DNA from: Anaerolineae bacterium
GTDB taxonomy: Bacteria > Chloroflexota > Anaerolineae > B4-G1 > SLSP01
Length of the DNA stretch: 64,000 bases
Direction: 5' to 3'
Assembly: GCA_035415725.1 (NCBI GenBank)
Contig: DAOOGN010000003.1
Coordinates: forward strand, 7,776-71,775
The notes below the pieces were generated by a model, which saw only the letters and a program-made list of their open reading frames with translations, was not told the DNA's origin and made no database searches. How positions within the stretch are numbered: the stretch's first letter is position 1; each line of letters opens with the position of its first letter. Position numbers and translations under genes: made by a program. Positions 9,226-19,900 of this stretch are shown here, in pieces.

Positions 9226-10554
9226 ATGAAAAATATCGCTGTCATTGGCGTCGGCTATGTGGGGCTGGTCAGCGGGGCCAGCTTTGCCGACCTGGGCAAC
9301 CGGGTGATTTGTCTGGACATCAACGAAACGCGCATTGCGAACCTCAACCAGGGAATCATGCCCATCTACGAACCGGGCCTGGAAGAGTTAGTCACGCGCA
9401 ACATCAAAGCCGGACGGCTCACCTTCACCACATCCTACGCCGAAGCGCTTAAAGATGCCGAATATGCTTTCATCGCCGTGGGGACGCCGTCGGATGTCGA
9501 TGGACAGGCCGACCTGCGTTATGTGCGGATGGCGGCAGAATCCATCGCCGACGTCATCGACCATCCACTCATCATCATCAACAAGTCCACCGTCCCGGTT
9601 GGCACCGGCGATTGGGTAGCGGACATCATTCGCAACCGGCGTCCTGACGTGCCAGAGTTTGCCGTCGTCTCCTGCCCCGAATTTCTACGCGAAGGTTCGG
9701 CTATCACCGACTTTATGAATCCCGACCGCGTCATCCTGGGGTCAACTGACCGTGAAGCCGCGGCCAAAGTCGCGCAACTCCATTTGCCACTACGCACAAC
9801 CCTTATGATCACCGACTTGCGCACCGCCGAAATGATCAAGTACGCCTCCAACGCTTTCCTGGCAGCCAAGATCTCCTTCATCAACGAAATCGCCAACATC
9901 TGCGAAGCTCTCGGCGCCGACGTCAAAGAGGTCGCCTACGGCATGGGGATAGATAAGCGCATCGGCTCGGCGTTCCTGGATGCCGGGATTGGCTGGGGCG
10001 GTTCGTGCTTCCCCAAAGACGTGAAGGCGCTGGCGTACATGGCCGAAGTCGCCGGGCGGCATCCGCAATTGATTCATGCGGTGATGGACATCAACACCGA
10101 TCAACGCAAGGCGCCTCTCCGCAAGGTGAAAAAACTCCTCGGCGGCACGTTTGAGGGCAAGGTCATCGGGTTACTGGGGTTGGCCTTCAAGCCCAACACC
10201 GACGATATGCGCGAAGCGCCTTCCATCGACATCGCCTGGGACCTGCTGCGGGAACGCGCGAAAGTCCGCGCTTACGATCCGGTGGCGATGGAAAACGCGC
10301 GATGCTTGCTGCCGGAGGTCAATATGATGGAAAGCCCTTACGCTTTGGCAGAAGGGGCGGATGCGCTCATTCTCATCACCGAATGGAACGAGTTCAAAAA
10401 CCTCGATCTGGCGCGGATCAGAGATGCGATGAACGAGCCTATCCTGGTCGATGGACGCAATATCTACGATCCCCACACGGTACGGGAGTTGGGATTCAAG
10501 TACATGGCAATCGGCCGCGGCTACAACGGCGCCGGCGTTGAGGGCCTGGCTTGA
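9226..10554 (+). CDS. ugd: UDP-glucose 6-dehydrogenase
   Basis: [24 protein letters not shown]... NAD-binding motif, catalytic [10 protein letters not shown] cysteine motif, 443 aa. Confidence 0.9.
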   Translation: MKNIAVIGVGYVGLVSGASFADLGNRVICLDINETRIANLNQGIMPIYEPGLEELVTRNIKAGRLTFTTSYAEALKDAEYAFIAVGTPSDVDGQADLRYVRMAAESIADVIDHPLIIINKSTVPVGTGDWVADIIRNRRPDVPEFAVVSCPEFLREGSAITDFMNPDRVILGSTDREAAAKVAQLHLPLRTTLMITDLRTAEMIKYASNAFLAAKISFINEIANICEALGADVKEVAYGMGIDKRIGSAFLDAGIGWGGSCFPKDVKALAYMAEVAGRHPQLIHAVMDINTDQRKAPLRKVKKLLGGTFEGKVIGLLGLAFKPNTDDMREAPSIDIAWDLLRERAKVRAYDPVAMENARCLLPEVNMMESPYALAEGADALILITEWNEFKNLDLARIRDAMNEPILVDGRNIYDPHTVRELGFKYMAIGRGYNGAGVEGLA

Positions 10555-10724
10555 GCCGCCCCTTTGTCATTTTGGGCGGCATTGGATCATGGGGGTGTGG
10601 CGAGCGGCGAAGCCGTTCGCCACACCCCCGACAAAAATCTGCGTACTCTGGGGAATAAGTTGCTGCGCCAGGTTTACTAACCTAAATAGATACATCGAAA
10701 GTATGTATGCTTTACGGAGGCATT

Positions 10725-11993
10725 ATGAATTTATTGCGCACCACATTGGACAATGGACTCAAAGTCCTCATCCGCGAAAGCCATGCGGCTCCGGTCGTCA
10801 GCGTCTGGGCATGGTACCGGGCCGGCGTCCGCAACGAACATTTGGGGGTGACAGGCATCTCACACTGGGTCGAGCACATGGCGTTCAAAGGCTCTGCTCG
10901 CTGGCCGGAGGGTAGCGCCGATCAGGCTATCGCGCGTGAGGGTGGAGTCTTCAACGGGATGACCTGGTACGACTTCACGACCTACTATGAGACCCTCCCG
11001 GCTCACAAAATCTCCCTGGCGCTCGATATCGAATCCGACCGGATGCACAATATCGTTTTCGAGCCGGAAGCGGTAGAATCCGAACGCACCGTCATCATCA
11101 GCGAGCGTCAGGGCAACGAGAACTCACCGCTCTTTCTGCTCGGCGAAGAGGTGGCGGCGGCGGCCTACCGCGTCCATCCTTACGGGCACGAAACATTGGG
11201 GCATCTCTGCGACCTGCAAACTATGACCCGCGATACCCTCTATCATTATTACCAGAGGTACTACACCCCTAGCAACGCCATCCTTGCCATTGCCGGCGAC
11301 TTCAACACCGGCGAGATCGAGCGCCTCGCCGAACGCTACTTCGGCAGCATCGCAACCGGTCCGCAGGTCCCGCCGGTCGGTGCCATCGAACCGCCGCAGC
11401 GCGGCGAAAGGCGCGTCATCGTCGAAGGCGCGGGACAAACAGATTATCTGAACGTCGCTTTCCACATTCCTGAGGCCCGTCACGAGGATTTCTTCGCCCT
11501 CACGGTACTCAATGCCGTGCTTGGCGGGGCGGCAGGATTCCTGGTGGGAGGAGGCGCCGTCACAAACCACACCAGCCGCCTCTACCGGGCGCTGGTGGAC
11601 AAAGAATTCGCCATCGATGTCGGCGGCAGCCTGATGTCTACCGTTGATCCCGGCCTCTACCAGTTGACGGCTACAGCGTGGCCGGGTCGCGCCCTGGCCG
11701 ACGTCGAGACGGCGTTGTGGACGGAAATCGAACGTCTGCAAACGTCGCCGGTCACGCCGCCGGAGTTGGAGAAAGCCCAACGCCAGGCACGCGCGCTCTT
11801 TGCCTACGCCAGCGAAAGCGCCACGCAGCAGGCATTTTGGCTCGGCTACAGCGAAATTTTCGCCGATTACGGGTGGTTCACACGCTACCTGGATAAACTC
11901 GCAGCAGTCACCGCCGATGATGTACAACGGGCAGCGCAAATCTACCTGCGTCCCCAGAACCGGACAACCGGCTGGTATCTATCCAAAAAGTAG
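10725..11993 (+). CDS. M16-family zinc peptidase (pitrilysin-like), catalytic subunit
   Basis: Inverted zincin motif HWVEHMAFKG (HxxEH) present. Confidence 0.85.
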   Translation: MNLLRTTLDNGLKVLIRESHAAPVVSVWAWYRAGVRNEHLGVTGISHWVEHMAFKGSARWPEGSADQAIAREGGVFNGMTWYDFTTYYETLPAHKISLALDIESDRMHNIVFEPEAVESERTVIISERQGNENSPLFLLGEEVAAAAYRVHPYGHETLGHLCDLQTMTRDTLYHYYQRYYTPSNAILAIAGDFNTGEIERLAERYFGSIATGPQVPPVGAIEPPQRGERRVIVEGAGQTDYLNVAFHIPEARHEDFFALTVLNAVLGGAAGFLVGGGAVTNHTSRLYRALVDKEFAIDVGGSLMSTVDPGLYQLTATAWPGRALADVETALWTEIERLQTSPVTPPELEKAQRQARALFAYASESATQQAFWLGYSEIFADYGWFTRYLDKLAAVTADDVQRAAQIYLRPQNRTTGWYLSKK

Positions 11994-12005
11994 CATTGGA
12001 GATAT

Positions 12006-13292
12006 ATGTACAAACACAAAACCACACTTTCCTTACCCGGCCCCGACGACGTTCTGCGTCAAACACTCCCCAACGGCCTCACCTTGTTGGTGCGTGAGAA
12101 TTTCGCCAGCCCTACCGTCGTCGTCAGCGGCTACGTGAATGCAGGCGCGGCCGACGTTCCCCGGGATAAAATCGGACTGGCCGGATTCACCACCGATGTA
12201 ATGGAACGCGGCACCCACACACGCAGCTTCGCACAGCTCTACGAGGAAGTCGAATCCATCGCCGCCAGCTTTGGCCTGGAGTCGGGCATCCACACCACTT
12301 CATTCGGCGCCAAGGGTCTGGCCGAGCATCTCCCCTTGCTCCTGGACATCCTCAACGACGTCCTACGCCATCCGGCTTTCGAGAAAGAGCAGGTGGAGAA
12401 GGCCCGCGCCGAAATTCTCACCGACATCCAGGAGCGGGAAAATGATACCCAACGTATGGCAGCGCTGATGTTTCGCGAGTTAGCTTACCCGGAAGCACAT
12501 CCCCTCCACTGGAGTCAGACCGGCTATAACGCTACCATCAGTCGCCTCACCCGCGATGACCTGGCGCAGTTCCATGCGCAGTTTTTCGCCCCCCAGGACG
12601 CAGTGATCGTAGTCGTCGGCGCGGTCAAAGCCGCCGTCGCCGCCCAAGCCATCACCGACACTTTCGGCGCCTGGCAGGCTAACCGTCCTCCATACCCTGT
12701 TCTACCGCCTGTCCCCAAACTGACCGAGCGCCGCGAGAAACGTCTCACGATTGACGACAAGACGCAAAGCGATCTGATTCTGGGCTGGCCCGGTCCGGCA
12801 CGGCTGGATCCCGATTTTGTCCCCTGTTTTGTCGCCAACACCGTCTTGGGAGTCTTCGGGATGTACGGGCGGTTGGGGAAGATCATCCGCGAGGCCAACG
12901 GCCTGGCCTATTACGTCTATAGCCACATCGAAGGAGGCAAGGCGCCCGGCCCCTGGCGCGTCATCGCGGGCGTCAACCCGGCCAACGTCGACAAGACTGT
13001 GACGCTCATCATCCAGGAATTGCATCGCATCCGTGACAAGCGCGTCTCCAAAGACGAACTCAATGATAGCCAGTCTTTCCTTACCGGCAGTCTCCCTCTA
13101 CAACTGGAGACTAACGAAGGTGTGGCCCACGCGCTGCTCAACATAGAGCGCTATAACCTGGGACTGGACTACCTGCAGCGGTATACGGAGATGATCACGG
13201 CTGTCACAGCGCCACAAGTCCAGGACGTCGCCCAACGCTGGCTCGACCCCGATCACTACGCGCTGGCGGTTGCCGAACCGTCTACCTCATAA
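12006..13292 (+). CDS. M16-family peptidase, non-catalytic partner (no HxxEH)
   Basis: M16 fold-level similarity to the upstream gene, but the zinc motif is absent (GFTTDVMERGT). It forms the typical M16 pair. Confidence 0.75.
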   Translation: MYKHKTTLSLPGPDDVLRQTLPNGLTLLVRENFASPTVVVSGYVNAGAADVPRDKIGLAGFTTDVMERGTHTRSFAQLYEEVESIAASFGLESGIHTTSFGAKGLAEHLPLLLDILNDVLRHPAFEKEQVEKARAEILTDIQERENDTQRMAALMFRELAYPEAHPLHWSQTGYNATISRLTRDDLAQFHAQFFAPQDAVIVVVGAVKAAVAAQAITDTFGAWQANRPPYPVLPPVPKLTERREKRLTIDDKTQSDLILGWPGPARLDPDFVPCFVANTVLGVFGMYGRLGKIIREANGLAYYVYSHIEGGKAPGPWRVIAGVNPANVDKTVTLIIQELHRIRDKRVSKDELNDSQSFLTGSLPLQLETNEGVAHALLNIERYNLGLDYLQRYTEMITAVTAPQVQDVAQRWLDPDHYALAVAEPSTS

Positions 13293-13295
13293 GCC

Positions 13296-13679
13296 ATGTT
13301 GACAACCGGCGTTGATCTCGTCGATATTCCACGCCTTGAGCGCGTACTACATCGTTGCGGCGAGAAATTTCTCACCCGTATCTACACGCCCGACGAAGTC
13401 CTTTATAGCCGCGGACGTACCACAGAACTGGCGGTGCGTTTCGCCGCGAAGGAGGCCGTCGCCAAAGCCCTGGGCGTGGGGATGCGCATCCTTGCGCCGG
13501 CGGGCATCGATTGGCTGGATGTAGAAACGTTGAATGAAATGAGCGGCAAACCCTACATCGTCCTCCACGGACGTGCCCGGATGCTCGCCGAGGCGCAAGG
13601 GCTGACCGAGTGGGCCATCAGCCTTAGCCACGACGGAGGAATCGCCATGGCGTTGGTAGTGGCAACAGGAAAAACGTAA
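13296..13679 (+). CDS. acpS: holo-[acyl-carrier-protein] synthase (4'-phosphopantetheinyl transferase AcpS)
   Basis: 127 aa, N-terminal TGVDLVDIPRLERVL motif and AKEAVAKALG. Confidence 0.85.
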   Translation: MLTTGVDLVDIPRLERVLHRCGEKFLTRIYTPDEVLYSRGRTTELAVRFAAKEAVAKALGVGMRILAPAGIDWLDVETLNEMSGKPYIVLHGRARMLAEAQGLTEWAISLSHDGGIAMALVVATGKT

Positions 13680-13734
13680 TCCACAATTGACTTAAGCCGC
13701 TTTCATAGATCGTTTAGGACTATAGCAGGAACGT

Positions 13735-14193
13735 ATGCGCGCCGTTGTACAACGAGTCACTAACGCCGCAGTGACGGTAGAGGGGGTCATCGTCGGCGAG
13801 ATCGGGCCAGGGCTGCTGGTGCTGTTGGCTGTCGGCGAAGGTGACACCGAGAACGAAGCGCGCTGGCTGGCGCACAAAACTGCTCATCTGCGCATCTTTG
13901 CCGATCCAGAGGATAAGATGAACCTCTCCGTGCAGGCCGTCAGCGGCAGTGTGCTGGTGATCTCGCAATTCACGCTCTACGGCGACATCCGCCGGGGCTT
14001 TCGGCCTTCGTTCGTCAAGGCCGCCCCACCGGAGAGTGCCGAAGCCCTGGTCAACGTCTTCGTAGAAGCTCTACGCGCCATGGACATCCCCGTAGCAACG
14101 GGAATTTTCCGCGCGCACATGCACGTCAGCCTGACCAACGATGGTCCGGTAACAATCATCCTGGAAAAAGAAGCCGGGGAATCGCATGGATAA
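13735..14193 (+). CDS. dtd: D-aminoacyl-tRNA deacylase
   Basis: MRAVVQRV... N-terminus, SQFTLYGD and the C-terminal Gly-cisPro-like region; 152 aa. Confidence 0.9.
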   Translation: MRAVVQRVTNAAVTVEGVIVGEIGPGLLVLLAVGEGDTENEARWLAHKTAHLRIFADPEDKMNLSVQAVSGSVLVISQFTLYGDIRRGFRPSFVKAAPPESAEALVNVFVEALRAMDIPVATGIFRAHMHVSLTNDGPVTIILEKEAGESHG

Positions 14194-15148
14194 CGAAACT
14201 CAACTCTGGGCGTGGTTTTTGTTCCATGCCGGCTTTGCCCCCCAGCGCGCCAAAACACTGCTCGCCGCATGGGAACAACGCGATTTAACCCTGCGCGACG
14301 TCCTGGAAAAACCGTCCCCTCAGACAAATGTGCCGGGAATCACCCCCGACGAAGTTAGCAAGCTGCGTCCTCCCCACAAACTGCCGGATATCACCGCTCT
14401 GCGCTGGAACGAGGCGCTCTACCCCGTGGGCCTGCATCATCTCCCCCTCCAACTGCGTCCGGCGCTGCTGTTCTACCGCGGTGAACTGAGCTTGCTGCTG
14501 CGTCCCATCGTCTACCTGATGCCCGGCCCGCTCGATGCCGAGACTTATGAACTCCTGCAGGAAACCGTGGGAATCCTCTTGGGGGAAAACCTGCTCCTGG
14601 CTGCATTCCGGGAAAGTCCACAGGCCACCGTGTTGATGGAAGAAATGGCCGCGAGCGAAGGAGAAGCCCTCCTTTTTGCCGGGCAAGGTCTCGCGCAACT
14701 CATCCTTTGGGAGCAAGAACAAGCGCTCCTGCAGGATAGGCGCTTGCTCATCCTCAGCCCGTTGCCGCCGCATGCTCCTGCCAATCCTGCCTGGGACGAC
14801 GTCTTGCAACAAGTCGCCACGGCTGCGGCCCTGCGCCGTGTATGCAGCAACACAACGACACCGCTCCCGGCTTCCCCTGCGACCGTCCCCACCCTCCTGC
14901 TCACGGCCAATGCCGTCCCGCACCTGCCGGACGGCGTCCACGTTGCCGCAAGCGCCGTAGAGGCGCTGATGTGGCTGACAGAAATTCCCGCCGCGCCGGT
15001 CAGCGCGCCGCAGCAGATGACGTCAGCGCTCGACCTGACCGCAGAATTGCCCATGACTCCCCCACCCACACCGGCAGAAGCGCTGCAGGTTCTCGAAAAG
15101 GGGGGACGTGTCCCCGAAGTCCTCAAAAAGCGGCTCCTTGGCCATTAG
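14186..15148 (+). CDS. DprA/Smf-like protein with degenerate Rossmann-domain motifs
   Basis: Collinear with DprA ([20 protein letters not shown]; LLFAGQGL ~ iAVlGsGl), but the conserved GSRxaS, SGlArGiD and RNRII motifs are replaced. Confidence 0.45.
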   Translation: MDNETQLWAWFLFHAGFAPQRAKTLLAAWEQRDLTLRDVLEKPSPQTNVPGITPDEVSKLRPPHKLPDITALRWNEALYPVGLHHLPLQLRPALLFYRGELSLLLRPIVYLMPGPLDAETYELLQETVGILLGENLLLAAFRESPQATVLMEEMAASEGEALLFAGQGLAQLILWEQEQALLQDRRLLILSPLPPHAPANPAWDDVLQQVATAAALRRVCSNTTTPLPASPATVPTLLLTANAVPHLPDGVHVAASAVEALMWLTEIPAAPVSAPQQMTSALDLTAELPMTPPPTPAEALQVLEKGGRVPEVLKKRLLGH

Positions 15149-15172
15149 CGCCGGTGCTGCAGAATTTCGCAC

Positions 15173-15254
15173 GGTCGAAATAAAAAAAACAGCCACAGAT
15201 TTACACGCAAAGTATGAAAAATCAGTGAAAATCTGCGTCATCCGTGGCAAAAAC
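15173..15254 (-). terminator. structured terminator-like element, copy X (9-bp stem with a G-U wobble, ~45-nt conserved loop, U8 tract); homologous to 30189-30262
   Basis: Minus-strand GTTTTTGCCACGGATGACGCAGATTTTCACTGATTTTTCATACTTTGCGTGTAAATCTGTGGCTGTTTTTTTTATTTCGACC, immediately 3' of the 15259-15798 gene. Confidence 0.5.
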
Positions 15255-15258
15255 TAAA

Positions 15259-15798
15259 TTAGCGCACGCCGATCAGCTCCACGGCATCGATCTGATTCCA
15301 AAATCCTGTGCGCGACTCATCCAGGTCGATCAGCACACCGACGATGCGCACAGATGTTTGGGGTACAGAGACCATGAGCGCGCCTGGACAAGGCTGCTCC
15401 GTGTCCGTCCCTTCCCAAATCCGCTGCACCGTCCCCGTTTCATCGATAAGTGAAACGCGAGAAATGGCACCGCGCCCGTAGTTCTGGTAGACCCGCACCT
15501 CGGTCGCATAGACCGGTCGGCTATATGTTAAACGCAGCCATTCCACCCCACTTCCCAGAGCAGAAGACCATGCCCGCGAATCATCCTTGCATGTCTGAAT
15601 TTCAGGCGCCCCGGTCGCTCGGGTCACTCCCCAATCGGGGAATCCAAATTGGGAACTGGCTTCAGCCGCGGATGCCCACTGCGAAAAAGTATGCGGCGTC
15701 GGGGTCGTCATATCGACGACGACCGGACTTTCCGCATGGCACGCCGAACATAAAGTGACCGAAGTCAACAAAATCATCACCAGCAGCCAACAACGCAT
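15259..15798 (-). CDS. secreted/lipoprotein-like hypothetical protein (signal peptide MRCWLLVMILLTSVTLCSAC)
   Basis: Start chosen at the ATG at 15798 (RBS GGAGGG 9 nt upstream) rather than the ORF-track start at 15882. No recognizable catalytic motif. Confidence 0.55.
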   Translation of the reverse strand: MRCWLLVMILLTSVTLCSACHAESPVVVDMTTPTPHTFSQWASAAEASSQFGFPDWGVTRATGAPEIQTCKDDSRAWSSALGSGVEWLRLTYSRPVYATEVRVYQNYGRGAISRVSLIDETGTVQRIWEGTDTEQPCPGALMVSVPQTSVRIVGVLIDLDESRTGFWNQIDAVELIGVR

Positions 15799-15861
15799 GA
15801 ATTTCCCTCCAATTTCGCAACAGCCCCTTTGCACTCTATTATGTTGATTTCCAGGAAATAC

Positions 15862-15890
15862 TTGACCTTTCCTTTTACACATGTTATAAT
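15862..15890 (+). promoter_or_regulatory. consensus-like sigma70 promoter TTGACC-17-TATAAT for the RpiR-family regulator gene
   Basis: Hexamers at 15862-15867 and 15885-15890, in an AT-rich island. Confidence 0.5.
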
Positions 15891-15990
15891 AATTTTACAT
15901 AAAAAGTGGTACAACCACACTGAGATTGGGCATAGACACCCTGGATTGTCAAGTCCAACCTCGAAATATCACTCAATAAGGAGAAAAACT

Positions 15991-16884
15991 ATGTTTCAAG
16001 ATCGTATTCGCGAGAATTATAAGAATCTAACACCGGGTTTTAGAAAACTGGCAGATTTCATTATGAACAACACTCTGGATGCCGCATTCCTTACGGCGAC
16101 CGAACTCTCGCGCCGTGTAGACGTCGATCCGGCGACCGTGGTACGTTTCGCCCAGGAACTCAACTATTCCGGTTACCGCGAGCTGTCCCGTGAAGTCAAG
16201 CATTACGTGCGGGATCAGGTCACCGCTACCTATCGCAAGGCCGGCGAGGCTGAAACGACGGAGGAACTGCTTCAATCCCTGGTAGAAAACGCCAGCCAGA
16301 ATATGCAGCACTTCGTCACCACGGACCTGTCGAACGTTGTCAAGGCCGTCGAGATGTTAAAGGGCGCGCCGCTAGTCTGGTTCACCGGTGAATTCGCCAG
16401 CTACGATCTGGCCGCCTTTATAGCGAAGAAATTCCAGACCTATGGCATCCCCACCAACATCTTCTACCCCGGCCTGAGCGAAACCGCGAGCGTTATCCCC
16501 CAGATGAACGCCAATGATGTTCTGGTAGCTCTTGTTGGCACCGAGCCAGGCCTCGACACAGGCTATGCCGTCCGTATGGCGCACGAGAAAGGTGTGAAAA
16601 CGATCACCATCACCAGTTCAGGCGTCACGTTGCCGGCGCGCGAAGCCACACTGACGATCATCGTACCTAGCAAGACCCCGGTAGGCATCCCCACCTTTGG
16701 CGCGTTGACGCAGGTCATCGCCTTGATCTGGGAAACCGTCATGAAGGAGCGCGCCCTCCAGACACAGGAAAAGCTCGAGGTTCTCAGCACCAACATGGAG
16801 CAACTTCTCAAGCTCAGGACCGCAACGCCGGAGTACGAGATCACGTCAACCCAAGAGCTGTGGAATGACAGCCTCTTGCAGTAG
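15991..16884 (+). CDS. MurR/RpiR-family transcriptional regulator (HTH_6 + SIS domain)
   Basis: N-terminal RKLADFIMNN...LTATELSRRVDVDPATVVRFAQELNYSGYREL helix-turn-helix and a SIS sugar-phosphate-binding domain. The ATG at 15991 is preceded by AGGAG. Confidence 0.85.
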   Translation: MFQDRIRENYKNLTPGFRKLADFIMNNTLDAAFLTATELSRRVDVDPATVVRFAQELNYSGYRELSREVKHYVRDQVTATYRKAGEAETTEELLQSLVENASQNMQHFVTTDLSNVVKAVEMLKGAPLVWFTGEFASYDLAAFIAKKFQTYGIPTNIFYPGLSETASVIPQMNANDVLVALVGTEPGLDTGYAVRMAHEKGVKTITITSSGVTLPAREATLTIIVPSKTPVGIPTFGALTQVIALIWETVMKERALQTQEKLEVLSTNMEQLLKLRTATPEYEITSTQELWNDSLLQ

Positions 16885-16915
16885 AGAGGAAACGCTTCCT
16901 ATCGCCTGCATCTCA

Positions 16916-16947
16916 CAGACGGCGCCTTGACTCAAAGGCGCCGTCTG
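16916..16947. terminator. GC-rich bidirectional hairpin (11-bp perfect stem CAGACGGCGCC, 10-nt loop) between convergent genes; no U-tract
   Basis: Perfect inverted repeat seen directly. Confidence 0.4.
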
Positions 16948-16962
16948 CGTGCTCACCAGGGT

Positions 16963-19900
16963 CTATTCCCGCATACGACGCTTCAGACGCGCGGCCAATG
17001 TATCCGCGTCAGCCGCATCATCGCGCGGTGGATGTTCCAAAACCGGTTTTGCATCCATCTCAGCCCGCGCCGGCGGCGATGAAACCGGCGTAGGTTCTGG
17101 CGGCGACACAACAGAGACAGAGGGTTCAACGCCGGCTGTTTTCTGCTGCCGCTGACGCAGTGTGGCGGCAAGTGTAGGGGGTGTTTCCACTGCCGTCACC
17201 CGCGACGGGCGACGCAGACGACGTACCTGTCGTACCTGTTCCCGCAAGACAACGAAAAACCGCACGACATCCGCCCGTGTCAAGGTCAAACGCCGCCACG
17301 CAATGTCCAGCGGCCACAACAACGCCGCCAGCAAGATCAAAAACGGCGTCAACAGTTGTTCGGCGGTACGTCCCTGCAAATTGTGCACGAAAACCTGTTC
17401 CGGTTCAGAGATGCCTGTCCCCCCACCCTGAGCGGCCAACCGTGCCACCGCCGTCATGGCATCGCCGGGGATATATTCCAAGAGCGTCGGCGCTGCCCAC
17501 CCCATCACCAGATCACGCTCTCCATAAAGCCGCAGCAACCAAGTACCGCGTCCCACGGGTGTGAAATAGCCTTCATAACGGCCCGGTGCGCGCTGCACGA
17601 GCGCCACCGTCTGCGACTCCCCTTGCCCGGCCACGGTGGGTGCCACGGCCAGTTGTAAATCCAACCCGTCAACATACCCGCCCTCCGCCGTGTCCGCCTC
17701 CGGCGCTACCACATCCACGACCACCCGCGCTCTGTCGCCTTCCGCCACAACGCGCAGCGACAGCCCACTGTCGTCAGAGGACGGCAAGACCGCGCGCACC
17801 ACCGCGCCCCAAAAGCCGGAGAACGCCTCCCACGTGGCCCATGCCGATGCCCAACGTCCCGTCGCGTCCGACGTCCAGGCCACCGAGCGCCCCAGACCAT
17901 ACTGCCACACCGCCAACAACGGATCGCCCTGTGTCGCGTTCCAGACGACTTGCGCGGCGCTCTTCGGCGTCGAGGCAACATAACCACGCAACGGCGGCGT
18001 CGCAACCATATCGGCCACCGGCAACCACGGCGTCACCGGTTCGGGATAAAACGTTTTCTCGACAATGTAGGAGCGTTTCACCCGCGCCGTTTCCTCTGCA
18101 AAGATGGCCGGCAGATCGGCGGCGCGTTCGGTGAGATAGAAGCGTCCGCCGCCGGCCTCGGCGACTTGCGTCAGGAAGGGTACATCGCTTCCTCCGCCAA
18201 TCGCCACCACGCTGATGGTCATCCCCTCGTCAACCAAAGACTGCACCAGCGTTAGCACTCCCTCCTGGTGCTCGGAGTCGGAGCCGTCGGCCAGCAGTAA
18301 GATGTGGCGCTGGGTGGCGGGGGTGACTTCCACGTTCCGCAGCAAACCGGCGGCATAGGTCAGGCTCTCACGCACGTAGATGCCGCCGCCGCCAGTCTGT
18401 AACCGGCGCAATTGCGCGATCAGCGCCTCGCGTTCATCCATCCTCGCCGGACCGAACGTATCCGCCGGCCGGTCATCGTAGGCTACAACCGCCAACGTGT
18501 CGGCGTCGTTCAACGTCTCCGCCACGCGGATCGCCGCCTCCGCCGCCAAACGGATTTTGGCGACGCCAGCCTCTTCCACGCCCATACTTCCCGATTTGTC
18601 AATGATCACCGCCATCGCCAGAGGCGGAAAACGCGAGGGGTCCTGCACCTGCATCTGCACCGGCAGCGCCTCTTCCAACGGCGTCCCCAGCCACCCGCCG
18701 ACGCCATAGCTCTGGGGCCCGCCGATGGCCACCAATCCGCCACCCAGGTCGCGTACAAAAGCGCGCAGGGCCGTCAACGATTGTGGCGCGAAACTCCGCG
18801 CCGGCGTGTTAACGACGACCACACCGGCGTAATCGACAAAACCTTGCGCCGTCAGGGGCAGCGCGTCAGCGGTGGCGACTGCGACCGGCAAACCGGCTTG
18901 TTCGAGCGCCGACACAAGAGCAGCACGTTCTTCCGGCGGACCGACAACCAGGACACGCGGCGCGCCCTGGACCAACACCCAGCCGTCGGCGCAGTTGTTG
19001 GGTGCGAAAGTGTCATACTCCGCATCAAGGCACACGCGCAGCGGAACGAAACCCGGTTCATCCACCACAAAGGTGAATGCCAGCGTATCCGACTCTCCGA
19101 GTATCCGCAGGCCATCCTGCCCGGTCTGCCCCCCGGCCGTCCAGGTCAAACGAACGTTCTGTTGCGCCGTACTGCCGATCTCAACCATCACCGGCACCCG
19201 GTCGCCGGGATAGACACGGGTGGGCAAACGCAAATCTGCCACCCAGGCCTCCGCTTCCGGCGTTCCCGTTCCAACCTGAACAAGCTGTACCTCCACACCG
19301 CGCGCGCGCGCCTCACGCAGCGCCCATGCCGCGCGCCCTGTCGTCTCCAAACCGTCGGTGAGCAGCACGAGACGTCCCGGTGCGCCTTCCGGGATCAACG
19401 CCAATCCCAGCCGCACGGCGCTCTCGATGTCGGTCGCATCGATGCGGGTCAACGTCGCCATACCGGGAAGCGTCGCCGACGACGACAGGGCGCGGTCAAC
19501 CCATGCATCTCCGGCAAACACCACCACCGCCGCACGATCCTGAGGTGCTTTCTGCGCCAGCGCGTTCTCGACAAAAGCCAGTTGCGCGTCCCAGGCGCTT
19601 TTGGTACTGGCCGAACGATCGAGTAAAAAGACGACGGCCAGGTCCCCGGTGCGGCGGGACCAGTCCATGTCCAGCAACGCCAGGCACAACAAAGCCAATA
19701 ACACCAGGCGGAGAAGCAGAGAGGCCGAAAAACGGGGAGGTGTCGAGAGACGCGGATGCCTTCCGGCAGTCTGAAAACGTCGCCGCACAGACGGCCCCCA
19801 CCACAAGGCCGTCTCCATCAACACCAATGCCAACGCCGCGGCCACGCACCAGCGACTCAGGTCACGCCAGCCGGGGACGGCTTCTGCCGACGGCACCACA

